Counted from the stretch's first letter, positions 19,808 through 29,040 are shown. The stretch is DNA of 64,000 nucleotides from an uncultured bacterium (GCA_963696395.1 CAVOJZ010000002.1:6433-70432); one strand, 5' to 3'. Numbers and translations are program-made. Notes: generated by a model not told the origin, from the sequence alone.

Positions 19808-21232
19808 CTACTTCAGTTCCTCCCACGAAAGTTCCGTATATCCGTTTGTGGTCAGCGGAAAGCTCGGCGGCGGGCTATATAAGAGGTTTGCGTCGTAATT
19901 ATAGGTACGCGTCCCGAAACCGCTTGAATTTCCGTTCACCACATAAGCGAACGCGGATCGAAGATTGGTCGCCATAATGCCGAGCGTTGTAAGCGAGTTT
20001 CTGGTGGAGCTGGCTCCGCAGTTGTTGTTGTAGTAGAATCTTCCGATCCAGCCGTTCTGCGCGATGAGTGCCGCGTCAATCACCAAATTGTTGTCGCTCG
20101 CAAGACCGACGTTGATATTGTTTTGGGAAATAAGAGCGATTGTATCGGATCCGTTAAAACTTCCGTACGTGATGCTGTTATTCACGGTGATGTTTGAGTA
20201 CGTCGTCGGGTTCACCGGAAAACGACCGGAGGCAATCGTCACGCGGACGCCATTTACATGCCCTCGAACCCACAGGTTGTCTTCGAAGAACATGTCGCCA
20301 TTTTGTGGGATTGTCCCTGTTGCGTATAGCGACTCATTCTGAATGGTCCATGTCCCCCACCCGGATTGGCTTAAATCGTTCGTACAATTACGCGACGGCG
20401 TGGTTGTTGCCGTCACTTTATAGAGAGTGAATGTCGTCGTTGAAAGCGCCAGATCGTAGCCAAGTGCGCCGGAGCTTGAGGCATAGTATCCCGTAGCCTG
20501 CGCCGATGCCTTTATGGTTGCGAGGTCCTGGGTTATCCCGGCAAAATCAACCGCCGGCACACCGAGCGTGCGACCAGCAGTAAAAACGTCAGGACGCGAC
20601 GGTAGCGCGGTCGGCGGCTGAGGATCGGCGGGCGCATCCTGCGTATATACAGCCCACTCATTGAGGCCGGTGTCAGGGTCTGTATAGGTTGTAAGCGCAC
20701 TTTCAACCAGGTTGTGCGCGACGCCATCGAAATGGATACCGCTATTCGAATAAATGACCCCGTAAACCTGGGCGGTCGTCCCGAATGCAACCGGACTATT
20801 CAAAACCCATGCGTATTGCGCAAACGAAGGAACGCCAAGACGTACTGTCACTATTTTTTGAATTGTTGGGTCGGCAGTCACACCTCCGGTGCTTGTAATG
20901 GTCACGATCGTTGAACCTGTCGGCGGCGCCGTAATATTCAAAGAAAACTGCCCGATCGCTACCCCATTCTTGTTGTAATAGGTGTGCACATATGGACCCG
21001 GCCCGCCGGTTCCATCCGTAAAATCCTGAGAAGCATAGGCGAGGTGCCATTTATAGTATTCGATTCCGGCTTCGGCGATAGCAAAAGCCTGAGCTTCGTT
21101 TTGCGATCGAACCGAAAGATTCAGGAACGAAGCGGCAAGCGAAACAAACCCACCAACAAGCGTGATCACGATGGCCGCCAAAAAAAGCAGTTCCACCGCG
21201 AGTTGTCCTGTTTTATTTTTATAGAGAGCCAT
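19808..21232 (-). CDS. Large pilus-associated protein with pilin-like hydrophobic N-terminus
   Basis: LAVELLFLAAIVITLVGGFV N-terminus. 474 aa. Sits between pilin genes. Confidence 0.5.
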   Translation of the reverse strand: MALYKNKTGQLAVELLFLAAIVITLVGGFVSLAASFLNLSVRSQNEAQAFAIAEAGIEYYKWHLAYASQDFTDGTGGPGPYVHTYYNKNGVAIGQFSLNITAPPTGSTIVTITSTGGVTADPTIQKIVTVRLGVPSFAQYAWVLNSPVAFGTTAQVYGVIYSNSGIHFDGVAHNLVESALTTYTDPDTGLNEWAVYTQDAPADPQPPTALPSRPDVFTAGRTLGVPAVDFAGITQDLATIKASAQATGYYASSSGALGYDLALSTTTFTLYKVTATTTPSRNCTNDLSQSGWGTWTIQNESLYATGTIPQNGDMFFEDNLWVRGHVNGVRVTIASGRFPVNPTTYSNITVNNSITYGSFNGSDTIALISQNNINVGLASDNNLVIDAALIAQNGWIGRFYYNNNCGASSTRNSLTTLGIMATNLRSAFAYVVNGNSSGFGTRTYNYDANLLYSPPPSFPLTTNGYTELSWEELK

Positions 21233-21235
21233 AGT

Positions 21236-21841
21236 TTAATTGCTGTCCAAATTTCTTAAATCAACCAGCGAAGAAAAATATTCGAGTGGCGAACGCTTAA
21301 TCGTGGATGTTTGGTTTGATTGCACTTCGAACGAAATGGCAGCTAATCTGATACTCGCAATCGAAATCGGATATTGCAAAGGAGCTTGCGAACCGGTATA
21401 CGAGCTGTCGTAATAGGAAAAAAGAGGCGTTGCGGAAGAAATAATGACGTTATCAATAAAATCGGTCACCACCTCGCTTGAGGTCGGATAGAGAACCGGC
21501 GTACCCGTCGGCACGATCACTCCTTTATATATCGTTGACGACGAATAAAAATATCTGACGTGCTCCGCGCTACCATTCTTATAGATGTCGCTATAAAAGG
21601 AAAAGGTTGTGGTGCCGACGGTGTCGATCGGATACGCGCCATTCCCGGACGTTTCAGCGGATTGGATCTCTTCTGTCATAATTTGGAGCGACTGGTTAAC
21701 ATCCGATTTCGCCTGTAGCTCCGATGTAACAAGGATGTTAAGTCCGGCAACGTTGTTTCCAAAATTGCTCACAACAATGACGACCGCAGCGGCGATGGCG
21801 ACGACGATTAAGATTTCGACGAGAGAAAATCCTTTGTTCAT
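21236..21841 (-). CDS. Minor pilin (prepilin-type N-terminal cleavage/methylation domain)
   Basis: MNKGFSLVEILIVVAIAAAVV. Confidence 0.7.
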   Translation of the reverse strand: MNKGFSLVEILIVVAIAAAVVIVVSNFGNNVAGLNILVTSELQAKSDVNQSLQIMTEEIQSAETSGNGAYPIDTVGTTTFSFYSDIYKNGSAEHVRYFYSSSTIYKGVIVPTGTPVLYPTSSEVVTDFIDNVIISSATPLFSYYDSSYTGSQAPLQYPISIASIRLAAISFEVQSNQTSTIKRSPLEYFSSLVDLRNLDSN

Positions 21842-23574
21842 TGGTGGATCATGGAAATAGTTGTCGACTGAGTTCCCGCGCCAACAGAAACCGTCCCGGT
21901 TGCATCGTAATAATTTGCCGCCGATGCATCGAACGAATAGGTGCCCTGCGGCAGGCTCGTAAAAAGAACCTGAGCGGGTGGAACGCAGTTTGCCGTAAAG
22001 TCGAATGCGACATTCGTGAGCTGTGGCGTAACCGACGGATCCTGTGTATTCATGAAGACCTCGTAGCGAAAATAGCGATCACCCGATAGCGAAGCCGGAA
22101 GCGTTGTGCTGGCCGTAAAATAAGTTCCCGACGTGCCGTCCGGGCCGATAAAATTCCAGGTGACATTATCGTTATTCGCCGCTACCTGAAATTCCAATGT
22201 CGTGTTTGATGGTTGAACCATCGGACTCCACGTGATGGCATTAAATGTTGAACTCGTTCCTCCAACGTCAAAGGTTTTTGAAACGAGCCAATCGGTTGTT
22301 GATGTCGAATAGCTGGAAGAGGCGTTTGCAAGAAGTTCGATAACTCCCGCCTGCGAAACATCTATGCCACCGTCTTGAGTCGCATATTGCCCCCCGGACC
22401 AGTCCGATTGTGAAAATACGGCATGATCAGTCGTGAGCGTCTGATTTACGCCCGCTTTTGAAATCGCCACGTTTGCGTTCTCTATTCCGGCACCCGATGC
22501 CGAATCAATTACCGTTGCAAGAAGCGATGGATTGGCTGCGGGCTGGATAATAAATTCGAATGCCGCCGTCGAACTTGGATTTATGGTGAGCGGACTGAAC
22601 GGAACGGTTCCGGCCAGATTTTCCGATGCATCGTTCAGCGACAGCGAATAGGTGTCCCATTCAATCGAGGAAAATGTGACGGTGCCACTCGCATTGGTAG
22701 CCGAACTCGTGGCAAATTTATAAACATTCGGGCTTGTGCCGATCAATTTTGATCCCTGCATAAAAAACGGTTCGCTTCCAACGGGTACGCACCGGTTATT
22801 GACGGTCGTAACTGCGAGAGAGCTCACGCGATCGATAGAAAATGTCACATTGCTCACGGTTTGTGATGCAACGGTGATATTCGGGAGCGTAGGATTTGGA
22901 TTGCCCGCTGCGCCCACCGGATACGTCTGTTCGTTGGAATAACCGGATTTCGAAGCGAAAATCTGATATCCCTGCGAACTGGTCGGTACGCCGATCAATT
23001 TAAGCACGCCGCTTGCATTGGTAGTGTCGGTAAGATCAACCGTCGGAGTGACCGAAGCGTTCACGATCCGTATCGTGGCGTTTTCAAGCGGAATGCCATT
23101 CGCATCAATGGCGTAAATGAAAATTGAGCCGTATACGGTCCCCTGCGCGAGCAACGACGGCGCAACGGTCGTTGTGACTTCGACCGGAACAAAATTAGTG
23201 CAAAGCGGACACGACGCTGTAATATCAACCAGTTTGTAATCTGCAACGGGCGTGCTTGAAGGCGACTGGTCATAGGGATCGTCAATATTGAGGACAGTCG
23301 TTTGCAGAATGAAAGAAAAATTGCCGTCGGCAACCGTCTGAGTCTGTGGAATTATTCCCGAAGGGATGCCGTTCACGGTTCCCACGCTCGCATAAGGCAG
23401 ATTCCGGATTGTTTCAATCTCGTTGTTGATCGCAACGGTTGCAGCCGCACGGACGCTGATATTGCCGACCGCCGTTTCAATCGAAAAGAAAACGAGATAT
23501 ACGCCGCCAAACAAGAGAGCGATGATTGCCATGCTCATGACGAGGTCTATAAGGGTGGTGCCATTTCGCGACAT
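21838..23574 (-). CDS. Large pilin-like protein (divergent prepilin N-terminus, beta-rich body)
   Basis: GTTLIDLVMSMAIIALLFGG N-terminus. 578 aa. Overlaps the upstream gene by 4 bp. Confidence 0.55.
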   Translation of the reverse strand: MSRNGTTLIDLVMSMAIIALLFGGVYLVFFSIETAVGNISVRAAATVAINNEIETIRNLPYASVGTVNGIPSGIIPQTQTVADGNFSFILQTTVLNIDDPYDQSPSSTPVADYKLVDITASCPLCTNFVPVEVTTTVAPSLLAQGTVYGSIFIYAIDANGIPLENATIRIVNASVTPTVDLTDTTNASGVLKLIGVPTSSQGYQIFASKSGYSNEQTYPVGAAGNPNPTLPNITVASQTVSNVTFSIDRVSSLAVTTVNNRCVPVGSEPFFMQGSKLIGTSPNVYKFATSSATNASGTVTFSSIEWDTYSLSLNDASENLAGTVPFSPLTINPSSTAAFEFIIQPAANPSLLATVIDSASGAGIENANVAISKAGVNQTLTTDHAVFSQSDWSGGQYATQDGGIDVSQAGVIELLANASSSYSTSTTDWLVSKTFDVGGTSSTFNAITWSPMVQPSNTTLEFQVAANNDNVTWNFIGPDGTSGTYFTASTTLPASLSGDRYFRYEVFMNTQDPSVTPQLTNVAFDFTANCVPPAQVLFTSLPQGTYSFDASAANYYDATGTVSVGAGTQSTTISMIHQ

Positions 23575-24762
23575 TTATTTGATCCCCTGTGAAATCGAAT
23601 AAATCGGTGTGATGATTGAAAGGGCGACAAAGCCGACCAGGAGACCCATCAGCAATAACATCAACGGTTCGATAAGCGACGTAAGCGAATGAAGTTTGTT
23701 ATCCACCTCTTCGTCGTAATACGTCGAAAGGTATTCCAGGTTTTCCTCAAGATTGCCGGTTGTTTCACCAATCAACACCATGCCCGAAACAAGCGGCGGG
23801 AAAAGCTTCTTGTGAGTGCCGATATACGATCCGATCTGTGCTCCGGTTCTGACTTGTTCCCCTGCGGCAAGAATAATTTTTTTATAAACCAGATTGTTGA
23901 AAGTCGCCGCGGTGATATCCAGCGCTTCAACAATTTTCACGCCGCTTTTCAAAAGCAATCCGAAAACCCGTGTAAAATTCACCATGTTTACGCCTATTGA
24001 AAGATCGGAAACTACGGGCACGATCAAAATCAATCGGTCGAGCATGTATCGCACAAATTGCACTCGTGAGGTCACAATTCTCACGGCAATAACGAAAATA
24101 ATGAGGCCGATAAAAACCTGGATCCCGTAACTCTGCAAAAAGTGGAGGGAGTTAAGCATGATGACGGTCGTGAGCGGCAAACTCACATTCATGCTCGCGA
24201 ATACCGGGATAAGCTTTGGAAAAACGTAGAAGGTTAAAAATCCGGCGACGCCGATTGTCATGCATAAGATGACAAGTGGATAAACCATCGCCGATCGTAC
24301 TTTGGTTTCAAGCTGTTTCGAGCGATCCAGCTCTCCGGCAAGGTATAGCAAGTTTTTCGCAAGCGTTCCGCTCGCCTCCCCTACCCGCACGATGTTTACA
24401 AAAAAATCGCCGAAAAGAAATTGATACTTTTGGAGTCCGTCGGCTAAAAATTTGCCGTTATTGACGTCGGCAATCAAACTGTCCAGGACCCTTTTCAGAA
24501 CCTTCGACTCAGTCTGTGATTGGATAATTTTTAATCCTTCATAGATCGGGAGGCCCGCCTTAATGACAAGCGACAAGTGGCGGGCAAAATTGATGCGATC
24601 CTGCACGGTAATGCGGTCGAACCAGTGCGAAAGCGTGCCCGGCTTCCCGATTTTCTTTATCGGCTTCGGCGGCGGTTCGGGCTTGGGTATCACTGCAATT
24701 TTTGAAACTTCGGGTTGTTCCATGATGGTTCTATTCGTGGACGACACGGAGGATTTCTTCAA
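23575..24762 (-). CDS. pilC: Type IV pilus assembly platform protein PilC (GspF family)
   Basis: 395 aa, duplicated GspF-type domains, polytopic. Confidence 0.85.
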   Translation of the reverse strand: MKKSSVSSTNRTIMEQPEVSKIAVIPKPEPPPKPIKKIGKPGTLSHWFDRITVQDRINFARHLSLVIKAGLPIYEGLKIIQSQTESKVLKRVLDSLIADVNNGKFLADGLQKYQFLFGDFFVNIVRVGEASGTLAKNLLYLAGELDRSKQLETKVRSAMVYPLVILCMTIGVAGFLTFYVFPKLIPVFASMNVSLPLTTVIMLNSLHFLQSYGIQVFIGLIIFVIAVRIVTSRVQFVRYMLDRLILIVPVVSDLSIGVNMVNFTRVFGLLLKSGVKIVEALDITAATFNNLVYKKIILAAGEQVRTGAQIGSYIGTHKKLFPPLVSGMVLIGETTGNLEENLEYLSTYYDEEVDNKLHSLTSLIEPLMLLLMGLLVGFVALSIITPIYSISQGIK

Positions 24763-25960
24763 TTGAGGTGAGTCCGAGCGATGCTTTACGCAGCGAGTCC
24801 TCGATCATCGTCGTCATTCCCTCCTTCAACGCCGCTTCTTTAATCTCCTGCGCCGTTGCCCGATTCATAATCAACTGGCGGATACTGTCGGTCACCTCAA
24901 GAACTTCGCGCACGCCGAGACGACCCTGGAACCCGCTGCCGTTGCACTCCGCACATCCCTGCGCCCTGTAAAACTTCATTTCGGGACGCAGCGTGGGAAT
25001 AAGCTCCATCAGACTTTTGAATTCGTCGAGTGAAAGCTTCCGGTCGGCTTTGCACTTTTGGCAAAGCTTTCGAACCAGTCGTTGCCCGATCGCAACATTC
25101 ACGGTTGACGCGACGAGGAATGACGGCACGCCCATATCGAGCAACCGCGGGAACGTTGTCGCCGAATCGTTCGTGTGGAGCGTGGAGAGCACCAGGTGGC
25201 CGGTTAAAGCTGCGTTCACGGCGATGCCAGCCGTTTCTTCGTCGCGGATTTCGCCGACCATCACAATATTAGGATCTTGGCGCAGGATGGAACGCAGTCC
25301 GTTTGCAAAAGTAAATCCGATTTCCGCATTCGTTTGAATCTGGGTAATGCCATCGAGCGAATACTCAATCGGATCTTCGATGGTGATGATCGAAACTTCC
25401 GAACTGTTTAATTGCTTGAGTAACGTATAGAGCGTTGTGGTTTTACCGGAACCCGTGGGACCATTCGCCAGGATCATGCCATACGGCTTCCCGACAGCGC
25501 CGACAACTTTCTTAAGGTCTGCCGGACTGAATCCTAAATCTTTCAACTCATAATTTTGCGTTCCGGCCAATACACGTAGAATGGCATTCTCTCCATAGTA
25601 GGTCGGGATGATCGAAACACGGACGTCAACGTCTCCGAAATCTTTTATTTCGATGCGAAGCCGTCCGTCCTGCGGCAACAAGTGTTCATCGGTGCGGATT
25701 CCCGAAAGCACTTTGATGCGACTGATGATCTCCGGATGTAATTTGATATCAATCTTCTTCGGGAAGACATCGTACAAAAGGCCGTCGATGCGGTACCGAA
25801 CCCGTAATGCGTCTTTGGTTGGTTCGATGTGAATGTCGGATGCGTTCGCAATGTAAGCGTACTCAACGAACAAATCGACGAGGTTAATGATGGAAATACT
25901 CTCAAGCGGTTCCTCGAGTAATTTCTCAATAATAGGAGCAAGCGATTTGATATCGCGCAT
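24731..25960 (-). CDS. pilB: Type IV pilus assembly ATPase (PilB/GspE family)
   Basis: Walker A NGPTGSGKTTTLYTLL, Asp box, His box and a CxxC tetracysteine (CQKC...CAEC). Confidence 0.85.
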   Translation of the reverse strand: MRDIKSLAPIIEKLLEEPLESISIINLVDLFVEYAYIANASDIHIEPTKDALRVRYRIDGLLYDVFPKKIDIKLHPEIISRIKVLSGIRTDEHLLPQDGRLRIEIKDFGDVDVRVSIIPTYYGENAILRVLAGTQNYELKDLGFSPADLKKVVGAVGKPYGMILANGPTGSGKTTTLYTLLKQLNSSEVSIITIEDPIEYSLDGITQIQTNAEIGFTFANGLRSILRQDPNIVMVGEIRDEETAGIAVNAALTGHLVLSTLHTNDSATTFPRLLDMGVPSFLVASTVNVAIGQRLVRKLCQKCKADRKLSLDEFKSLMELIPTLRPEMKFYRAQGCAECNGSGFQGRLGVREVLEVTDSIRQLIMNRATAQEIKEAALKEGMTTMIEDSLRKASLGLTSIEEILRVVHE

Positions 25961-26005
25961 GATTTCATTGTATCATAAGACCGCGCGCGTTCTTCCGTAT
26001 TATTT

Positions 26006-26076
26006 TGCCGGGTCGTCTAATGGTAGGACAACGGACTCTGAATCCGTTTATCTTGGTTCGAATCCAGGCCCGGCAG
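26006..26076 (+). tRNA. tRNA-Gln (anticodon CTG), U1:A72, CCA not encoded
   Basis: TGCCGGG acceptor, D-arm GTCT/GGAC, anticodon stem ACGGA/TCCGT with loop CTCTGAA, T-arm CTTGG-TTCGAAT-CCAGG, 3' CCCGGCA-G. Confidence 0.85.
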
Positions 26077-26464
26077 CAGCAATCTGACTCAAGTCTTTTT
26101 CAGAAAAATTCAGCCGCGCTTCGCGGAGCGAAGCGTATGGTGGGGTGGGGGTAAATTCGATACGGCGGTTTTTGAGAAAGATGTTCGAGCCGAAAATTTG
26201 TTGAAGGGAGGTCTTTTTTGCAATTAGGTCGGTATTGGTTGCCGTTTCGGTAAGCAATACCGCGTTTTTTATCCATTCTCGCGTTGGTTCGAGCCAACTT
26301 CCGGCGTTCTGTTCAAGACGGGCTATTTGCTCCTCGACCGACTTCCTTTCGGAGAGTATCTTGGCACGTTTTTTAAGGTAACTTTCCCGCTCAATATCTT
26401 GCGCAAGATACGTATCGAGCAGTCGGTCGAACTTGCGGGAGAGGTCTTGCGCCTTTCCCCGCAA
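26048..26464 (-). pseudogene. Serine-recombinase-like C-terminal fragment (integrase remnant) abutting/overlapping the tRNA-Gln 3' end
   Basis: DRLLDTYLAQDIERESYLKKRAKILSERKSVEEQIARLEQ resembles the coiled-coil motif of large serine recombinases. There is no catalytic N-terminal domain, and the ORF runs into the tRNA. Confidence 0.4.
26060..26077 (+). repeat. Direct repeat copy 1 (tRNA-Gln 3' end; att-like)
   Basis: GAATCCAGGCCCGGCAGC. Confidence 0.5.
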
Positions 26465-26632
26465 CTCTTGAACGAACGCCGCCGTTTTTCTGGACTCGTC
26501 CAGGACTGGAATCGAACGAGCGGAAGGGGTCGGGGAACCGCGATCGGTTCCCCGTGTAGGAGGGCCGCGTTCTTACGCGACGGTTCGGAACCGAGGGTTC
26601 CGAAAGCGCAGACGCGAAGCGGCGAGCAGTGA

Positions 26633-26650
26633 GATTCCAGGCCCGGCAGC
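26633..26650 (+). repeat. Direct repeat copy 2 (17/18 identical to the tRNA-Gln 3' end; att-like)
   Basis: GATTCCAGGCCCGGCAGC, 573 bp downstream of copy 1. Confidence 0.5.
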
Positions 26651-26716
26651 TAGACAAAATAGCATTATTATGCTATTTTAATTTCGGTTCATTGCAAACA
26701 AAGAATTGGAGGTGTG

Positions 26717-27064
26717 ATGCACGAAATAATTGAAAATGCGACCGTGATGCTTCCCATTCGAGATATCCGCTTTGTAAATGGCGGACCATATCTCACACAA
26801 GAGACGCTCTTGGAACAACTCATTGAACTTGGCTTCCGTTTCGAGGGGGCAATAGATGAAGACGGACGTCAGTCAGCAACGCTACCGAAAGATTGGCTGT
26901 TCGATGGGGACCGGGAATCGACGCACTGGCACATCCACGACGATCGCGGCCGTCATCGAATGACGTACATCAAGAAAATTCCTTGGGGAAATCACGACTT
27001 TGTTCATTTCCTCATGATCGAACCAGCAATCCCCAACGCGAAAAGCATTTCCGACGGGTGGTAA
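26717..27064 (+). CDS. Hypothetical protein (about 115 aa), His-rich segment
   Basis: GGAGG lies 5 nt upstream of the ATG. The product has no family I recognise (HWHIHDDRGRH...H..H). Confidence 0.45.
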   Translation: MHEIIENATVMLPIRDIRFVNGGPYLTQETLLEQLIELGFRFEGAIDEDGRQSATLPKDWLFDGDRESTHWHIHDDRGRHRMTYIKKIPWGNHDFVHFLMIEPAIPNAKSISDGW

Positions 27065-27152
27065 CCAACCGAAAGGCGCACGCCTAGCTCACACTAGAAA
27101 CGGCGCCTATTTCTTTATTTAAAATCGTTCGAACATCGTCCGTTCCGACAGC

Positions 27153-27181
27153 TTGACAGAATATTAATATAATGTTATCAT
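27153..27181 (+). promoter_or_regulatory. Sigma70-like promoter (TTGACA-17-TATCAT) preceded by a repeated motif
   Basis: cagcTTGACAga at 27153-27158. The upstream GTTCGAACATCGTCCGTTCCGAC element is repeated at 28228-28250. Confidence 0.4.
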
Positions 27182-27200
27182 CTCCTCAGCGAAGTGAAGC

Positions 27201-27479
27201 ATGCAAATGATCTTAAAGAGGGATTGGGACGCTATTGACGCAACCGATCCGAAGAACAACACCTACACCACGATTCCTGCTGGAACACACGACGTGGAGA
27301 GAATTCCTTGCCCAACCGGACATGACTGCAATTGGCTCGTACTCAAGGGAACGAAAATCGGAGCAAGCGAAGGATCGTGGCGCCAATGGGCACCCGGTCA
27401 AATCGTTGATGATTCAGATCGCCCAAATTTCGGAAAAGTGATCGACTGGGAAGAAGCCACCGTTGTCATCGTCGATTAA
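27201..27479 (+). CDS. Hypothetical protein (92 aa)
   Basis: ORF downstream of the promoter. Weak SD. Confidence 0.4.
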   Translation: MQMILKRDWDAIDATDPKNNTYTTIPAGTHDVERIPCPTGHDCNWLVLKGTKIGASEGSWRQWAPGQIVDDSDRPNFGKVIDWEEATVVIVD

Positions 27480-27601
27480 TTAACCCGCCAAATGGAAACC
27501 CATTGCTTGGCGGGTTTCTATTTTACGCAAAACTTATTTTCTCCATCTCCAACCCCACCTTCATCCAATCCACGGTTCTAAACGTGACCAGTAGGGGCAG
27601 C

Positions 27602-27630
27602 TTGACAGATAGCAATTTTGGATGTAAAAT
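27602..27630 (+). promoter_or_regulatory. Sigma70-like promoter TTGACA-17-TAAAAT
   Basis: cagcTTGACAgat...TAAAAT. AGGAG and ATG 27649 follow. Confidence 0.45.
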
Positions 27631-27648
27631 ATGCTTAGGAGATTTATC

Positions 27649-27873
27649 ATGCCAAGGAAAATACATTCGGTGGTTTTAGGCGTGGGAGCTATTACGGCTT
27701 TTTCTCTCGCTTTTCTTATGGTGAGAGATATGCGCTCCCAAGCTGGCGTCGGCCTCTTTGAGCCAACCCCCTATGACTCAACGGAAATCACGATAGCTCG
27801 GATCGGATTGGGGTTGATAGTTTTCAGCGTTATCATCTGGCCGTGGCATCGCAAAACAAAAAACAGTCTCTGA
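27649..27873 (+). CDS. Small membrane protein (about 74 aa, two TM helices)
   Basis: AGGAG lies 8 nt upstream. Product MPRKIHSVVLGVGAITAFSLAFLMV...GLGLIVFSVIIWPW. Confidence 0.45.
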   Translation: MPRKIHSVVLGVGAITAFSLAFLMVRDMRSQAGVGLFEPTPYDSTEITIARIGLGLIVFSVIIWPWHRKTKNSL

Positions 27874-27912
27874 CTCAGGTGCCCTATCTGGCACTTCCCT
27901 AGCGGAGGGGTT

Positions 27913-28101
27913 ATGTTCACGCATAAGAAATTGAAAAAGTTAGAAAAACGTGTGAAAAAGCTGCTCGCCGCCATCGGGCGATTCGTTAACCCAAATGATG
28001 CGATTCGGATCGACCGTCCCCTATCCCACGGAGAAACATTCAAAGTTTATCTGTGCCTGAGTTCAAACGAACCCTTCGTCTTAGGCCGCGCAAGGACATA
28101 G
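27913..28101 (+). CDS. Small basic hypothetical protein (62 aa)
   Basis: GGAGGGG lies 4 nt upstream of the ATG. The N-terminus is Lys-rich. Confidence 0.4.
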   Translation: MFTHKKLKKLEKRVKKLLAAIGRFVNPNDAIRIDRPLSHGETFKVYLCLSSNEPFVLGRART

Positions 28102-28117
28102 GTAGCAGCGCTCATCG

Positions 28118-28876
28118 ATGCAATCACAAACGTCCGCACTCGCAAGCGAGATTCAATACCATTCGATAAGATTTACTAAGCCCCGTTGTTTATTGTGGCT
28201 TTTGTTTTATTCAAAACAGTTCGAACATCCCCCAATCCGACCGTTTACTTTTCGGCTCAAATACGCTATAAGAAAACCAGAACTTCACACGAGGTGCTCA
28301 ACGAATATCAAACTGCTCCTGCCGAAAGCGGCCGTTTTCATCGAGCCGCACGATAGAGTTTTCTTTATCGGCGGTCCTGTACTTGGCGGGGGTGACTGGC
28401 AATGCGAAGCCATCCGCCACATTGCGATGCATGCTCCAGGGTCGTATGTAGTTTGCCCCTGTCGCTACGAATCCGACCATCCGCTTTACCGTTTTTCCAT
28501 CCAAGGCGCGGACGAAGCTTGCTGGATATCAAAAGGATTTAAGCCATTCCTCAGCCAAACGCTCTGGGAACGGTTTTATCTTGACGTGGCGAACGAACAA
28601 GGATCGATCATCTTTTGGTTAGGAAAGGAAAGCACGATACATCCCCGGCCGCCGAAGACCGAACCGTACGCGAGGGACACTTATGGCGAGATCGGCGAGT
28701 GGCGGGCGCGGATGTTTTACGACAACGCGCGCGTGGTTGTCGGAGCAAGCCCAGAATTTCCGGGGCTGTCGGTGATCAAAAAGAATTTCGATGCGATGCC
28801 CGGGCCTTCATTCCCTATTCACGAAACTCTCCTTGATACCGTCAAAGCAGCCGTGGCCGTCGCGAACAAGAGATAG
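28118..28876 (+). CDS. Hypothetical protein with Gly-rich Rossmann-like segment (VFFIGGPVLGGGDWQ); start codon uncertain
   Basis: Long ORF. A promoter-like repeat copy lies inside its 5' part (28213-28282), so the true start may be downstream (non-ATG) or the repeat is coding. Confidence 0.4.
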   Translation: MQSQTSALASEIQYHSIRFTKPRCLLWLLFYSKQFEHPPIRPFTFRLKYAIRKPELHTRCSTNIKLLLPKAAVFIEPHDRVFFIGGPVLGGGDWQCEAIRHIAMHAPGSYVVCPCRYESDHPLYRFSIQGADEACWISKGFKPFLSQTLWERFYLDVANEQGSIIFWLGKESTIHPRPPKTEPYARDTYGEIGEWRARMFYDNARVVVGASPEFPGLSVIKKNFDAMPGPSFPIHETLLDTVKAAVAVANKR

Positions 28877-29040
28877 TTACCAAGTATTACGCCGATCCAA
28901 GAGGATCGGCTTTTTATATGAGACTCGCCTTTTCCATCTCCAGTCCGGCACTAGACCGAGGAACACAGCTCTTGACAGAAGCTATATTATTGGTTACTGT
29001 TTATTTAGCACCGAAATTCAAGCTCGTTGGAGAAACCTTT

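Noticed and set aside
26465-26650. tmRNA or a second tRNA in the hairpin-rich segment
   Set aside because: No acceptor-stem/T-arm pairing, no GGGG...CCA termini and no tRNA cloverleaf could be built on either strand. Only the last 18 nt match the tRNA-Gln 3' end.
26327-26657. ORFs 26327..26632 (+) and 26391..26657 (-)
   Set aside because: They overlap each other across a hairpin-dense GC-rich stretch and give Arg/Pro/Ser-rich translations with no start signals. They are most likely non-coding.
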